A stretch of DNA of 64,000 bases from Amoebidium appalachense (GCA_963693365.1 CAVNZM010000016.1:6245029-6309028); one strand, 5' to 3'; shown: positions 41,258 through 58,637, counted from the stretch's first letter. The notes: a model not told the origin generated them from the sequence alone. Made by a program: numbers and translations.

Positions 41258-42347
41258 AGACGGGGAGGGGGGGGGGGGGTAGGGGTTGGGGTTGAACACC
41301 CAACCAACACAAATAGAAAGAACAGAGAAAAAAAGGCTAACGACAAAAACCAAAACGTTTATTATCTAATAGTTAGAGGGGGAGTTGACCAAGGGGGAAG
41401 GTGGTGTGTGTTGGGTCTGTGTGTAGGGGGGGGGAGGAGGGGAAGGAGGGAAGGAGGGAGGGGGGAGGGGGGGGGGAGCGTCCAGCATGGGGGATGGAAG
41501 CAGAGGTGGCACCTTTGTGAACTCGGTGCAGGTCATGTGCAACATGGTGTCCACGTTGCACATGTTGAGCACGTTGGTGGCCACACCCATCGAGCTGGTC
41601 TCGGCATTCACATCTCCGGGATTACCACCGCCAGCACCCCTGCAAACATATCCCCACGGTTAGTTAGCTGTTATTGGCGTGATAGGGTGATAGGCATAAA
41701 GTTGTAGAGATGAAGCCATATGGCACGTACGGGTGGCCAAGTCAGTGTGGCACCAAGGTGGCTCCGGGAGTAAGCCACTCTGGACTGCTTTAGTCTATGG
41801 AATCTTCGGCTGCAAATAGCCTCACCCATCTCCTCTTCTTAAACCCACCATCCCTCCCTTTTCCCCACACCATCCTCCCTTTTCCCCCATCGCTTGGCCC
41901 ATGAGCCCACCAACAACAAACTTTCTGCAGACAAGACTGACTAACAAGAAATAATAGAGATTAGACCTCCCACAAGTTCAAGTAAGCCCCGTCTCAGTCC
42001 AACTGAAACTGAGTCTCACAAGCCCGTCTGTATTAATCTGACCAAACAAGCAGCCGTCCAACCAAGCGAGCAAACCAGCCCCTCTCCCTCGCCCCTCCTC
42101 CCCCCCACCCCCCATCCCCCCCTCTCCCTCCCTCCCTCTCCCTCTCCCCCCTCCCCCTCTCCCCCAGCCCCGATTTCATGTGCGCTTACCAGGTGACATC
42201 CACAAAGAGTGGGTCGGACTGGGCCATGCGGTCAACACGAGACACCAGGTTCACTGCGCCCGCCGGGGTGCGAGGCGGAAAATACTCGAACGAGTAAAAG
42301 ATCTCCCCATGTTCGATTTTGTCCTTAATCTTGTCGATGATCTTCAT
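29057..42347 (-). CDS. MTHFR: Methylenetetrahydrofolate reductase (catalytic + SAM-regulatory domains); exons 42347-42190, 41639-41513, 40973-40904, 39971-39858, 39299-39202, 38731-38496, 37456-37368, 37023-36981, 36280-36223, 35500-35309, 34173-34090, 33646-33515, 31115-31017, 30171-30052, 29251-29057 (possible extra terminal exon ending 28779)
   Basis: Spliced peptide contains [152 protein letters not shown]. All junction phases are consistent. Confidence 0.96.
29584..29657 (-). ncRNA. Intronic C/D-box snoRNA, copy A
   Basis: Terminal stem GTGGCC/GGCCAC, C box ATGATT, guide TTTCTTTTCCGCTTATTA, D' ATGA, C' GTGATTA, D box CTGA. Same strand as host MTHFR. Confidence 0.85.
30399..30468 (-). 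ncRNA. Intronic C/D-box snoRNA, copy B
   Basis: Near-identical to copy A; GGCC/GGCC stem; guide has a C>T change that would give a G:U pair with the predicted target. Confidence 0.82.
30475..30585 (-). ncRNA. Long imperfect intronic hairpin (pre-miRNA-like), immediately 5' of snoRNA copy B
   Basis: GAAGCCGTGTTCACCAAAGTTAGCACTGC pairs with GCAGTGGTAACTTTTGGTGAGAACGGCTTC; upper stem CGCAAGTTATGA/TCATAAATTGCG; 9-nt loop. Confidence 0.45.
31509..31580 (-). ncRNA. Intronic C/D-box snoRNA, copy C
   Basis: Same boxes and guide as copy A; TGGCC/GGCCA stem. Confidence 0.85.
31675..33436. mobile_element. Non-autonomous DNA transposon in MTHFR intron 12, 44-bp TIRs, superfamily unclear
   Basis: Left ATCGATGTATGACGCACGGCGCCATCCCACTAACACAAATGCCC versus reverse complement of right ATCGAAGTATGACGCACGTCGCGATCCCACTAACACAAATGCCC (3 mismatches). 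Internal ~150-bp direct repeat at about 32278 and 32550. Confidence 0.8.
34304..34769 (-). repeat. Truncated copy of the 28-493 element in MTHFR intron 10, flanked by G-runs on both sides
   Basis: Apparently identical to 28-493; identity stops at GACCCACGCCG where the first copy continues. Confidence 0.9.
36060..36126 (-). ncRNA. Second intronic hairpin (pre-miRNA-like or H/ACA-type half)
   Basis: GTCTGTGCAAATGACGGTCGG pairs with TTGGCCGTCACTTTGACGGAC using four G:U pairs that form only on the minus (host-sense) strand; upper stem TGTGTT/AACATA. Confidence 0.4.
37469..37695. repeat. ~62-bp intronic minisatellite, about 3.5 units
   Basis: GGTGAGCTAGGAGATAAACATAGAATAATAGTCGGGGTAAACTAGGACAAAACATAGACTAACACT repeated with variants. 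Confidence 0.9.
38926..39032 (-). repeat. Short diverged 3'-end fragment of the 28-493 family
   Basis: G-run then TTAGAATG...ATGCAGAGTGCAAAC...TGCATAATAAGCAGAGC..ATTCTCAGGG, aligning by eye to 28-137. Confidence 0.65.
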
Positions 42348-42577
42348 GTTTGATAAAGAGGCTCCAGGGCCCTACCTCCACCGCTGTTTTGCAAGTGAGC
42401 ATGAGTGTTGAAACAAAGCCACACCAGTGCAAGAATTTTCTAGAGAAAGGGAGGAAGCGGTAAGGAAGTATCAGCAGAGGAAAACAGGCAGGCAAGGAAA
42501 TACTTGAAGTGACTGCAAGCACTCAACATGCCGGTACCGGCGGGCGGAGGGGAAGGGGAGGAGGGGTGGGAGGGCGG

Positions 42578-42627
<50 letters not shown>

Positions 42628-43837
42628 GTTGATGTACAGCAAATCTAGAGGCCGGAAGCGAGCAGGCACGCAATCCCAGTAAGTTTTAGTGTTGAGTAAC
42701 ATATTCCGAGAAAATTGAACAGTAAGGTGCCTCCTTGTAGAGGTTTGCGACCAAGATGAAAGTTCCGGGTCAGGAGAGAAAAAAACAAGGAGATTAGTCC
42801 CTTGGCATCAGTCCGATAGCACCCGTTAGCCAAGCGCCACACAAAAGGGTATCCCTTGTTCGCTAACCGTGACTTCAAGGATAGTATTAAGTGCTGTATT
42901 TTTTCGCTCACACAGACACTAAAGTAGCGGCTATACCTTAGATGAAACTCTCCCACGGAGTGAAGCGCAAAACTAACGGGAAGTGGGATTAAAAAAAAAC
43001 GTTTCAGGAAAAAAGCTGTTTGTCACATGCACACAGAGAGAATCTTGTTTTGACTGGTCGCAACGGGAACTGCAAATATAGCTAGTTTGAGGTGGTTCTA
43101 CTTACTTCAAATTTACAAGAGAATGTAAAGAAAACACGCGGGATAGTTAACCTGCAATGACAGCGGTTTTTAGATAGTCACAAGATATCACTTTGAAAAG
43201 ATATTCTTTCATCTTTCATTATTTCCCCGCGTTCCTATTGGTTCCTTTCTACAACAAGTGGATCCAATCAGCAACCGGTCTCCAGGGTTTTGGTAAGCAT
43301 TTTCCGATCTGGCACACTCTCGGTAGAATCACCCTAGAGTTTTTGGGAGAATCGCCTCCAAAAGCCGCACACATGTGCCCACGCGGCCGGCGTACTCCCA
43401 CTTCTACAATAATCTCGCCTTCAAGGCCCTACTTTCCCTTCTACGCACATGTATACACCTTTAATGCAGTACATCAACCTTCTTTATATGTTACTGCACA
43501 ATACCATTTTTGCCTACTCGCTCAAAAGCATCTCGAAAGCGTACCCAGGCGCGCGGAGCAGCACACACGAGAGCCTTTGTAGCCGATCGGCCTGCTTCCA
43601 CAACTTATCTTTAAGTTCTTCTTTTGACTGGATTTATTAAGGGATACGGGATCGGCGATTTTGAGTGGTCCCCGATTTCTTTCTGGCGCCGCCTTTTTTC
43701 CCCCTGATTACGTAACGCGTTGCTACGCACCCACGCCGTACAACGAGTTTTGTGTTCGCACGTTAACGCAGAGGGCGCACAACCCGAAAGAATTTTTTTC
43801 ATGAAAAGAAACTACTTTGAATACATGCACTTTTACC

Positions 43838-44545
43838 CTGGGTGTGCAGGGCTTGCTCCCAGCGCTCGGCATTAGTGCCGAAAAAGCCACAGATGTTACT
43901 GCAGAGTTGCAACGTGGGGTAGTTGCTTTTGACGGGATGGTGCAGGTCCACAAGTCCTTTTCAGTTTTCGCTGACACAGTAGCCAAACAGCAAATAGATG
44001 ACAAAAAAGTCACAGACGACACATATGCAGCTATTGCAAATCACTTTATGTCCAAAGTTAATACGTATAGGCTAGCAGGGGTCCAGCCACACTATGTGTT
44101 TGATGGGCGCAGATCGAAAGAGGGAAAACTAGTTGATAACGACCGTGCAGAAAAGGTGGTCAAAGCCCGCCAAGAAATAGCCACAAAAAGAGAGAAACAG
44201 GAGGAGGTAACTAAAAACAAATGGAGAAGCGCTGCAGAGTTAGATAACAGAGTTTTACATGCAATCATCCTTAGACTGAAAGATGAGAATGTCGATTACA
44301 CAGTAGCTCCATACGAAGCAGACCCCCAGCTTGCCTATATGGCACGTACCGGTTTGGCACACACTGTTGTCACTGAGGATGCCGACCTTCTTCTGTATAA
44401 CATCCCGCGGGTTGTATACAAACTGCGCATTGCGGATGCGGCGGTCATCCCTGGGACCGCTAATGCGGTGCGCATTCCCAAACTGTACGGAGTGATTGTA
44501 ACCCCCGCCGATGTTTTTACCAGAAGCACAAAGTACAACATAATG
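43838..44545 (+). CDS. Exo1/XPG/FEN1-family 5' nuclease (N and I regions); apparent CTG start; H3TH region not found
   Basis: (L)GVQGLLPAL, VVAFDG..VHK, VQPHYVFDGRR...K, YTVAPYEADPQLAYM, VVTEDADLLLY. The acidic residues in these motifs are intact. No GCDY motif before the microsatellite. Confidence 0.85.
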
Positions 44546-44548
44546 TGT

Positions 44549-44604
<56 letters not shown>

Positions 44605-44804
44605 AGTAATCTTCTGACCGATCTAGTGAACCTATAATGAATGAATGAAGACCGTGTGTCAAATCTGAGAGCCATGTACCAGACCCTGGTGCCTGCATAT
44701 GTTTCCTACCCCCCCCCCCCCCCCTCCCCCCGGTCCCTCCTCCCCCCTTGGTGTTTGCATACGTGCCTACCTGCCCCCCCCCCCGCCTCCCCCCCCCAAC
44801 ACGT

Positions 44805-44835
<31 letters not shown>

Positions 44836-44927
44836 GGGGGGGGGGCGTGCGTGCGTGCGTGTGTGCAAATGCGTGCGTGCGTGCGTGCGTGCGTGCTTCC
44901 GTGTGTGCGTGGTTGTGTGTGTGTGAA

Positions 44928-44964
<37 letters not shown>

Positions 44965-45091
44965 GAACGACTCAAGGTTGTACTTGGCACACAAATACAT
45001 AATAATTTCAATTATTATTATTATTTTCCTATACAGGAAAAGTGGAGCCCTACTGGCCGAATACATACATGCAAGCATTCATTCATATTTT

Positions 45092-45125
<34 letters not shown>

Positions 45126-45134
45126 AAAAAAAGA

Positions 45135-45166
<32 letters not shown>

Positions 45167-45209
45167 CAGAGAAGGGGGCTTTAGGGAGAGGCAATCGAAA
45201 ACGAAAATT

Positions 45210-47149
45210 CTACACCATGCTTTTGGTGTGCCCGGGCCCCACCATATCCTTATATAGTGGCTCTTGCATGTTACACAAGAAAGCCACAGCCTTAGCTACC
45301 ATCCAATGGGTGCCTACCATCGACATCTGCACCTGATTGCTAAACAGCCGATAATTTTTCGTGCGCCCAAAAGCCCTCTCCACATGCACGCGCACACTAG
45401 ACAGTCTTTGGCTATATATGGTGTCTTCAGCGTTTAGCTGCCCATGCTCAACAAACGACGGTAATAGCAAGGAAGCACCCTTCTCCATGATTAGCCCGTG
45501 CACTCTAAACCCTTTATCAGCTGCTATTTCATCCCCCTCTTCTATCTGATCTACAAATTCACGCTTGCATACACCTGTGAGATCCGGGTCTTTGAACCCT
45601 CCCACATGTGCATCGGACACCTGTCTGAGTTTCATATCCGTTGTGATGCCCCCGAAGTACTTGAGAGTATAATTGCTTTTGTACTCTGAGTAGAAACATC
45701 GTTTCAGAAGGAGGTTTGTCGGCACCTGTACAAACACCTCGGTGCAATCAATGATCCACCGTACATCGTCCCATTGCCCAGTGTAGCAACCGGCTTTAAA
45801 CTTCGAAAGTTGCTCTCTGGTGGGGGCTTTGACAGGCTTTTTCGTATAGAAAAACCTGTGCTAACGCCAGTGCACCAAGAAAATGGCGGAATATACGCGA
45901 AAGATTCGGTTCTGACACATCCACCAGCCGACTCAATAGTTGGAAGGATGTGCCGTGGCGGAGGCGAAAAAGTGTAAAAAGACATCCATCATGCAATATT
46001 ATTTCCTTTCCTGTTTTGGTTTTAAAATCATTCATGTTTATAGTTGATTGGCCAATAAAAGCAACAATCCCCAGCACTCCCATGAGAGCATCAAAACTAT
46101 CCAACCCCGTGTATGTTTTCACCACATCATCTCTAGCCTTCCCTTCCTCTTCCGCCACTATGTCCTCCATGCATATTCTTTTCTGGTTTTGTAGTAATTC
46201 CTCCCTCGCTTGATCAAGCGCTTGTTCGAGCTCCTTCTTCTCCAATCTTTGTTTCTTCTCATTTTCCTCCAATTGCTTCGTAGCTATCTCAAGTTCGATT
46301 TGCATTTTCTCCGCCTGTCCTGCTCCTTATAGAAAGCTCTTGAACGTTCCAGGACATTCACATAATCCTCTACATCCATCCCTTCCTCACCTGCCTTCGA
46401 CTCTAGATAGTCAAATGTCCTTTCACGCACATGTTCCCTCCTCCTTTCCCTCGTTCACTGTCCGCTGCTTCTTCACTGCTCGTCTCCCCCCGCTCCCTCG
46501 CTCGTTTCCGTGTTTGCTCAATATCTGAGGCATCCATTCCTACAGCTTGCATATGACTATTGGCCCTTTCCTCCCTCAATAGCTGTACCTTCTCTCTGTA
46601 CATCGGGTCTAGTTCCATTCGGATGGGACATGCATCCTTTGTTAAATTTCAGTTTTCCATTCTTAGCAGTAATATCATCATCGGTGAAATGTGCCTCGCA
46701 TACAACCAGTTGCTTAAGGATAGCCAGTGGCGAGGGGACTTCCACCTTCGGTTGCCCCCGTTTCCTCTTTGGTTGTGGTTCTTGTGCCGACTGCTCAGCT
46801 GGCACAGCCGAGTCATTGGCATTTTCGGATTGTGTGTCAGCTGTGTGTGTCTCAGTAGTGGTTGTGTCTGTATTTACGTCTGTCCCATCCGAGGCCTTTG
46901 GCCTTGTGTCTGTGTGTGTGTCTGGGTCGGGGGGTGCTTGCTTTGTGTGTTCTGCTATTTGTTTCCGCTCATACTATAGTACTTTGTTTGCTCCTGCCTG
47001 CCTATAGCATTTAACCAAGCATGCCTCCTAGCCAATACATTTGGTTTGTATCCATATGGAACAGTAAAAAGCTTTATCTTCCTGGTAGGATCTTTGGGAG
47101 AGACTGTTTCTTCGTCATTTTTGCAGTAGTTAGCCGCGCAAGTTGGCAT
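45210..47149 (-). pseudogene. THAP + HTH + DDE_Tnp_4 (ISL2EU/Harbinger-like) transposase, frameshifted
   Basis: THAP MPTCAANYCKN...LFTVP...WLNAIGR...VCEAHF; coiled coil; HTH LFTLFRLRHGTSFQLLSRLVDVSEPNLSRIF; triad IIDCTEVF, IAADKGF, VRVHVERAFGRTKNY. Frameshifts near 46980, 46620 and 45820. Confidence 0.9.
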
Positions 47150-47371
47150 TGTGAGTGCCTAACATATATAGTTAGAAAACAACCCGCCTTCATGAAAAAT
47201 GTGCAGCGCAGTTTTGTCCGGACACGTGTGTGGCATGCCGTGTGTACATGGTATAGCTCGGCCACACGATCTTAGGTGCCCAATAGGCAGATCAAGCCCA
47301 CTCAATCCAGATAGATATCGATCTGAGCGGCGCCAGAAAGTATTCGAGCCGCGCGATCCCGTATCCCTTAA

Positions 47372-47568
47372 GGGGGGGTTTACGCTGTTTACTCGAGGCA
47401 AAGAGAACCAGTCTCAGGTATGGGGGGGGGGTTTTGCTCGGAATATCCCCTCAGCGGTATATCATGATCACGTACATAGATGTCGGGTGGTGACTATATA
47501 TCAGGGTTTACTTTCTCTACGAGACACCATAAAGACTACAAGGAGAAATCAATTAGTTGGGGTTCCCC

Positions 47569-47608
<40 letters not shown>

Positions 47609-47640
47609 GGGCTCCCCTCGGGACACTCGGTATCAGCTGG

Positions 47641-47701
<61 letters not shown>

Positions 47702-48886
47702 TGTGTGTGTGTGCGCGTGCGCTATAATTTTGTAGTGATGTGTTTCTCAAGCCAATCAATACATCTAATAAACAGGTCGTAGTTACGCGTGTTTAGTATA
47801 AAATCAAGGATGTTGTAATTTACAGGTAGGCTATCTTTCTGGGTGTCTGTTGTGAATGTGACGTGTGTGTGTTGCGGTATTATGTGGTCTATCAAACTAC
47901 ATTTGGCGATACATGACCGGTTAAACTGGTGTGTGTGTGTGTTGTTTGGGCATGCAAATGATGCCACCTTATACTTATTAGATCTCCACTGTATAGCACG
48001 TGTACAGTAAAAGCGTGGTAATTGATCAATAATACCATCAGCTAGAGAAAGACCAGTTCTACAGGAAGGTAATATGTATTTAGGTGTTATACACTTGCGA
48101 GTGCCATATTTGGCAATATGGTTGAGGCGGTCAGTATATATAAAACGAGACATAAGGCTTAGTTTTTCAAGGTGTATGCTTTCATCGGGTCTAGTGTCGT
48201 GTGGTATCTTTTTCCATTTGTTATATTGCGTGGTTATCTTGTGATTGTGTACATGTTTAATAAGTAAGTGGCAGTCCAAAGTCACACACACACTATTGCG
48301 GGGTTTATTTGTATTTGTGCCCAGGGGAGAAGGGGAGAGAGAGGGGAGGAAAGAGGGGAGAGGTGAGGAGGGGACAGGTCGGATAGAGAAGAGAGGGTGG
48401 GAGGGCAAATACTTCTTTAAGCGGCTTATGTGCTTATTGAATTTCAGCGCGAGATAGGATACTCTAGCAGCTATTGGGACCAGACCATATATCGAGAGCG
48501 TTACAGGCCCAGGTTTACAACAGTTGTTAGATAGAAAGGAGGCAACTTCTGCTTCAAGGAAATTTGCCAAGGGTTTAAGCGCTCTAGTTCTCTCTTTCTT
48601 GATCCAAGCGGCGAGAAGGGGTAAACCATATTCACATGCCGGGAAGACAAAAGTGCGAATAAATGTAAGTCTAATAGAAGGATGGAGGGGTGTGTCTTTA
48701 AAAATATTAGCCGAGAAGAAAGCTAACCGCTTACGAGCCAACTCTACCCTCTTTTCGACCATATGGGGAAACATGAGGAAAGAGGGGAGAGGTGAGGAGG
48801 GGACAGGTCGGATAGAGAAGAGAGGGTGGGAGGGCAAATACTTCTTTAAGCGGCTTATGTGCTTATTGAATTTCAGCGCGAGATAG
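47372..48886 (-). mobile_element. 5'-truncated non-LTR retrotransposon (post-RT C-terminal region and 3' UTR) with an internal ~112-bp duplication
   Basis: ORF 47722-48930 has the LINE thumb-like RLTFIRTFVFPACEYG and a Cys/His-containing C-terminus. 48347-48458 is duplicated at 48776-48887. Flanked by the 11-bp direct repeat GTATCCCTTAA (47361-47371 and 48887-48897). Confidence 0.75.
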
Positions 48887-49828
48887 GTATCCCTTAATTC
48901 GACGGAAAGATATGCAAGTATGCACGGCATACTGAGAAGACAATAAAAACTTCACGAGTTATCCAGTAACAAGTGCATACTGAGATACCTGAACACTGTG
49001 TGAAAATCATATAAATACTCAAAAATGTGACGACCAACAGAATTCAACAAAAAGTCTAAAGTGCTCACATTGCCAGCTAGTGTAGCAGATACCCGTAGGG
49101 AAAGAGTGAATAAGTTCGCCGCCCTGCATTAGTAAATCACGTGGTCGGGGGGGATCCGCCTATATGGCGCACATACATTACAGTTTAGGGTGATTCTACC
49201 GAGAGTGTGCCAGATCGGAAAATGCTTTTGGTAACGCCTAATTTGAGCAAAATATCCAAGCAAAAAGCTACAAATAAAACTGCTATGATAATATAGTGCA
49301 TAATGTTAGCTCTTATAACAACTGTTTAATAATATTTTTCAGGCTCTAGGCTTGTTTAGGGCATCAACCACAAGATCAGCTTTTTTGCACCCCCTCTAAA
49401 AAGTCGATGGCTTTGAACCAATCATAAGAACCACAAAAGATCCACCAATGATCAAACCTTCACTTATCTTGCTACACTAGGAAGGTTCTCGCGGGCAGTT
49501 CAAAAAATTTCAAAGTCGCCGCCGGATTTCAAAACGAGGCACGTGTGAAACCGGTGTAAAACGTACATATGTGTGCGATGTATGTAGATTAATATATACT
49601 AGGGTGGAGTATATGTACGTATGATACATTTAGTCAAACGTAGGAGTATCCTTATATTATCTTAGGTGTAGCAGAGACAAACTTTGGTCAGCCTACGATC
49701 TCGCGCACACAAACTGTCTAGGCAAAATACTAAGCCATTCTGACCCTCGATCCCGGTGCGACCCAAGCTCTCTTTATTACCCCTTCAATCGGTGCCTTTC
49801 GTTCCATTCCAAGAACCTAATCTGTAAG

Positions 49829-56021
<6,193 letters not shown>

Positions 56022-56094
56022 GGTGTGGGCAGTTCATAATCTCAATTTATAGGCTCTAATGCTCTATACATATTTGGTTTTTTTGCTGAGATTA

Positions 56095-56325
56095 CGTATT
56101 CATGCTGGCTGCGAATACATGTGGGCTGGAGATCTATTTGGCGTGATGCACAATTGTCGTATTGGTTGCAAATACATATTTAAGTTTGCTGCGCATACAT
56201 ATTCAAGCTTGCTGCAAATACATATTCAAGTCGGATGCGAATGTATATTCAAGTTTGTTGTGAATGCGTTTTTGCTGTGAATGCATGTTCAAGTTGGCTG
56301 CAAATACATACAGGCTGCCAATATA
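56095..56325. repeat. Degenerate ~23-bp minisatellite downstream of THG1
   Basis: Repeated variants of GCAAATACATATTCAAGTTTGCT. Confidence 0.65.
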
Positions 56326-56517
56326 TTTCGACTAAGAATACATTCTGGCATCTAGACTACGAATTCTTGGGTCTAGTTTGTCGGGTTTTAGGAGTGAAAA
56401 GTTTAAACCACTATCCGACATGTCGATTATCTTAGATTCATATCGAGAACTCTTTGTGTTTTCTAATGATGGGTACTCCCGTCCTCACCACCACAAACAT
56501 ACCAAGCACACACACAA

Positions 56518-56568
<51 letters not shown>

Positions 56569-57044
56569 GGCTCCGGCCCTACAATCCAGGAGACAGCTGC
56601 TGTAGCGAATGAATGAACACCGCCTGTTTTTTCCACACCGGTGTCTTTGGGCATGCATGGCCAGCCCACACATAAATCAAAGCTTCTGAATTTCTAATCG
56701 CACACGTGTGCACATTCACTTACTAATTCAATAAAGTGTCCGAACGTGTTTCTATAAGCAGCCACCGGTGGCCCTTGGTGAGCATCCTATCTTTAATAAA
56801 CGAGAGCCATGTGCTTGGCTGCTGCAGTGTTGTCATAATAGAACTAGTTTTATTATCTAAGGAACCTAGCTTTTGGTGATATCTACGTATACAGATCCTC
56901 AGATATAACGTATATACCAGTTTTTGGTGATATATCTACAGATACTGAGATAAATCGATATACGGGGGGGAAGGGAGGGGTTGGATGGGGGATTCGGTTG
57001 GGAAAGGGTTCTTTTTAGAACTGGCAACGAGGGTGTAACCAAGA

Positions 57045-58070
57045 AATGCTTGCTCGATCGTATGTATTACGTTTCATCAATGGAATTCTAAAAGTGTGTA
57101 TTGTTCAAGATGTTTGATTGGGCGGATGGATGTAAACCGATAATTATACATCGCTTATACATTTGGTACTTCGAAGTGCAGTTGAAAGCCATATTTTGAG
57201 CGTAGTTTGCAACATTTTACATCTATTTTATTTATAAAGGTCCATTTTAATACCTCCTATGGTTTTTAAATTATTTCTATGGTAAAAAAGGCTTTTTCTT
57301 GGGAAAGAACAGGCACCGATCCTGTTTCCACTTGAACTCAAAGCCAAAATAACCATAAATGGTTCGCGGCGGTTCCAAAACTGGATTGGAACAGATCGAT
57401 CCAATAGAAGCCTACTTCGCATATGATTGGCTAAAAGTTATATCGTCTTTTCGAAAATCACAGGCTCCGAAGCAGGGATGTGTCGGGTTGGGTCGACCCG
57501 AGAACCAACCCGGCCGGGTCGGCGTTACCCAACCCCGACCCGTGATATTTTTGCTCAAACCCGGTCGGCTTTATGACCCGGCGGGTCAGACCCATACCCA
57601 GCCCGACCGATGGCTCTGACCCGGTCAGTTCCCGTCGGGTCAGGGTAAAGCATGATATAATAACCATAATAAGTAGTAAATTTGGATTGATAATTGGTTT
57701 TCAGGGATTGCACAGTGAACTAATAACAATACAGTATTTTAATCATGTCCATATATGATAGTATAAACATTGCCGAGGCGCCATAGTTAGCTACAGCAGT
57801 AGAGTACTGAGGCTAGGCGAGCGATTTAATATAAAAAGAGAAAGAAAAAGAAAAAGAAAAAAGAGAGAGACAATCGTAACTGCTGTGCACGTTACGTTGT
57901 GTTTGCTTTAGTCACCACTACCAAGCTCTATATAATCAAGTAAGCCGCAAGCACACGAGCACTGTCTGTTCACATGTAGACACCATGCGTGGAAAAGCCA
58001 CACACACACCGCGAGCACATGTGCACACACAGCACGCACGCACGCAAGCATATCACACACACACACACGT

Positions 58071-58104
<34 letters not shown>

Positions 58105-58456
58105 GAATACATGTCCACACGGGCGAACACCCGAGGTTTTCGCATTTGGTAACCCGCGGGTCAACCCGATCACAAGGGTCCAAGACCCGAGAACCAACCC
58201 GGTCCGGAGCGAAAAAAAGACGACCCGGCCCGAGATCCACCCGGCCTTTGCGTAAACCCGCCCGAGACCCACCCGGCCAGTGACCGACACATCCCTGCTC
58301 CGAAGGTGATTTTCAAAAAGACGAAATAAAAGCGATCCCATCGTCTTTTCGCAAGATATAATTCTGCGGCGTGTTCGGCACGACACAAATTCGTGGTCTC
58401 GCGCGAAAAGACGAATACGATGAAAAGACGATATAACGGCGCTGCCAAACACGCCC
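57045..58456. mobile_element. Harbinger/Tourist-like MITE homologous to 27905-28676 (inverted; one TIR not found), interrupted by an hAT MITE
   Basis: TIR GCTGCCAAACACGCCC followed by TAA; internal blocks AAAAGACGAATACGATGAAAAGACGATATAAC and TGTTTGATTGGGCG match the other copy. Confidence 0.78.
57473..58297. mobile_element. hAT-family non-autonomous element
   Basis: TIRs CAGGGATGTGTCGG / CCGACACATCCCTG; 8-bp TSD CTCCGAAG (57465-57472 and 58298-58305); many subterminal ACCCG motifs. Confidence 0.92.
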
Positions 58457-58567
58457 TAAGGGTGCATCGTACTTGGACGTTGTCTTAGTGAAACCCACAC
58501 AGAGCTCCTCTGACCCCTCGACAACCTTAAGCGACGTCACATTCGCAGCAATGTCCACCACCCATTT
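58457..58567 (-). pseudogene. Inverted remnant of a paralog of the downstream lectin-like gene
   Basis: KWVVDIAANVTSLKVVEGSEELCVGFTKTTSKYDAPL versus KWVVDIAAEQTSLKVVERSKELCVGFTKTQSKYDAPL at about 62030-62140; cut at a TTA by the MITE. Confidence 0.85.
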
Positions 58568-58600
58568 ATGTATAGAAACATAGAGTCATCATGGTGGGAT

Positions 58601-58637
<37 letters not shown>

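Larger units (their letters stand above)
43641..47367. mobile_element. ISL2EU/Harbinger-type DNA transposon with convergent transposase and Exo1/XPG nuclease genes
   Basis: TIRs GGGATACGGGATCG / CGATCCCGTATCCC plus subterminal TTTCTGGCGCCGC / GCGGCGCCAGAAA. TTAA on both sides (43637-43640 and 47368-47371). Confidence 0.88.
43297..49225. mobile_element. Outer non-autonomous Mutator-like element (~0.67 kb of its own sequence) carrying two nested insertions
   Basis: Perfect 40-bp TIRs GCATTTTCCGATCTGGCACACTCTCGGTAGAATCACCCTA (43297-43336 and 49186-49225). 9-bp TSD TTTTGGTAA at 43288-43296 and 49226-49234. Confidence 0.9.

Noticed and set aside
43838-44545. Host EXO1 gene
   Set aside because: Intronless over the nuclease core, divergent, truncated and enclosed by transposon TIRs, so no gene symbol was assigned.
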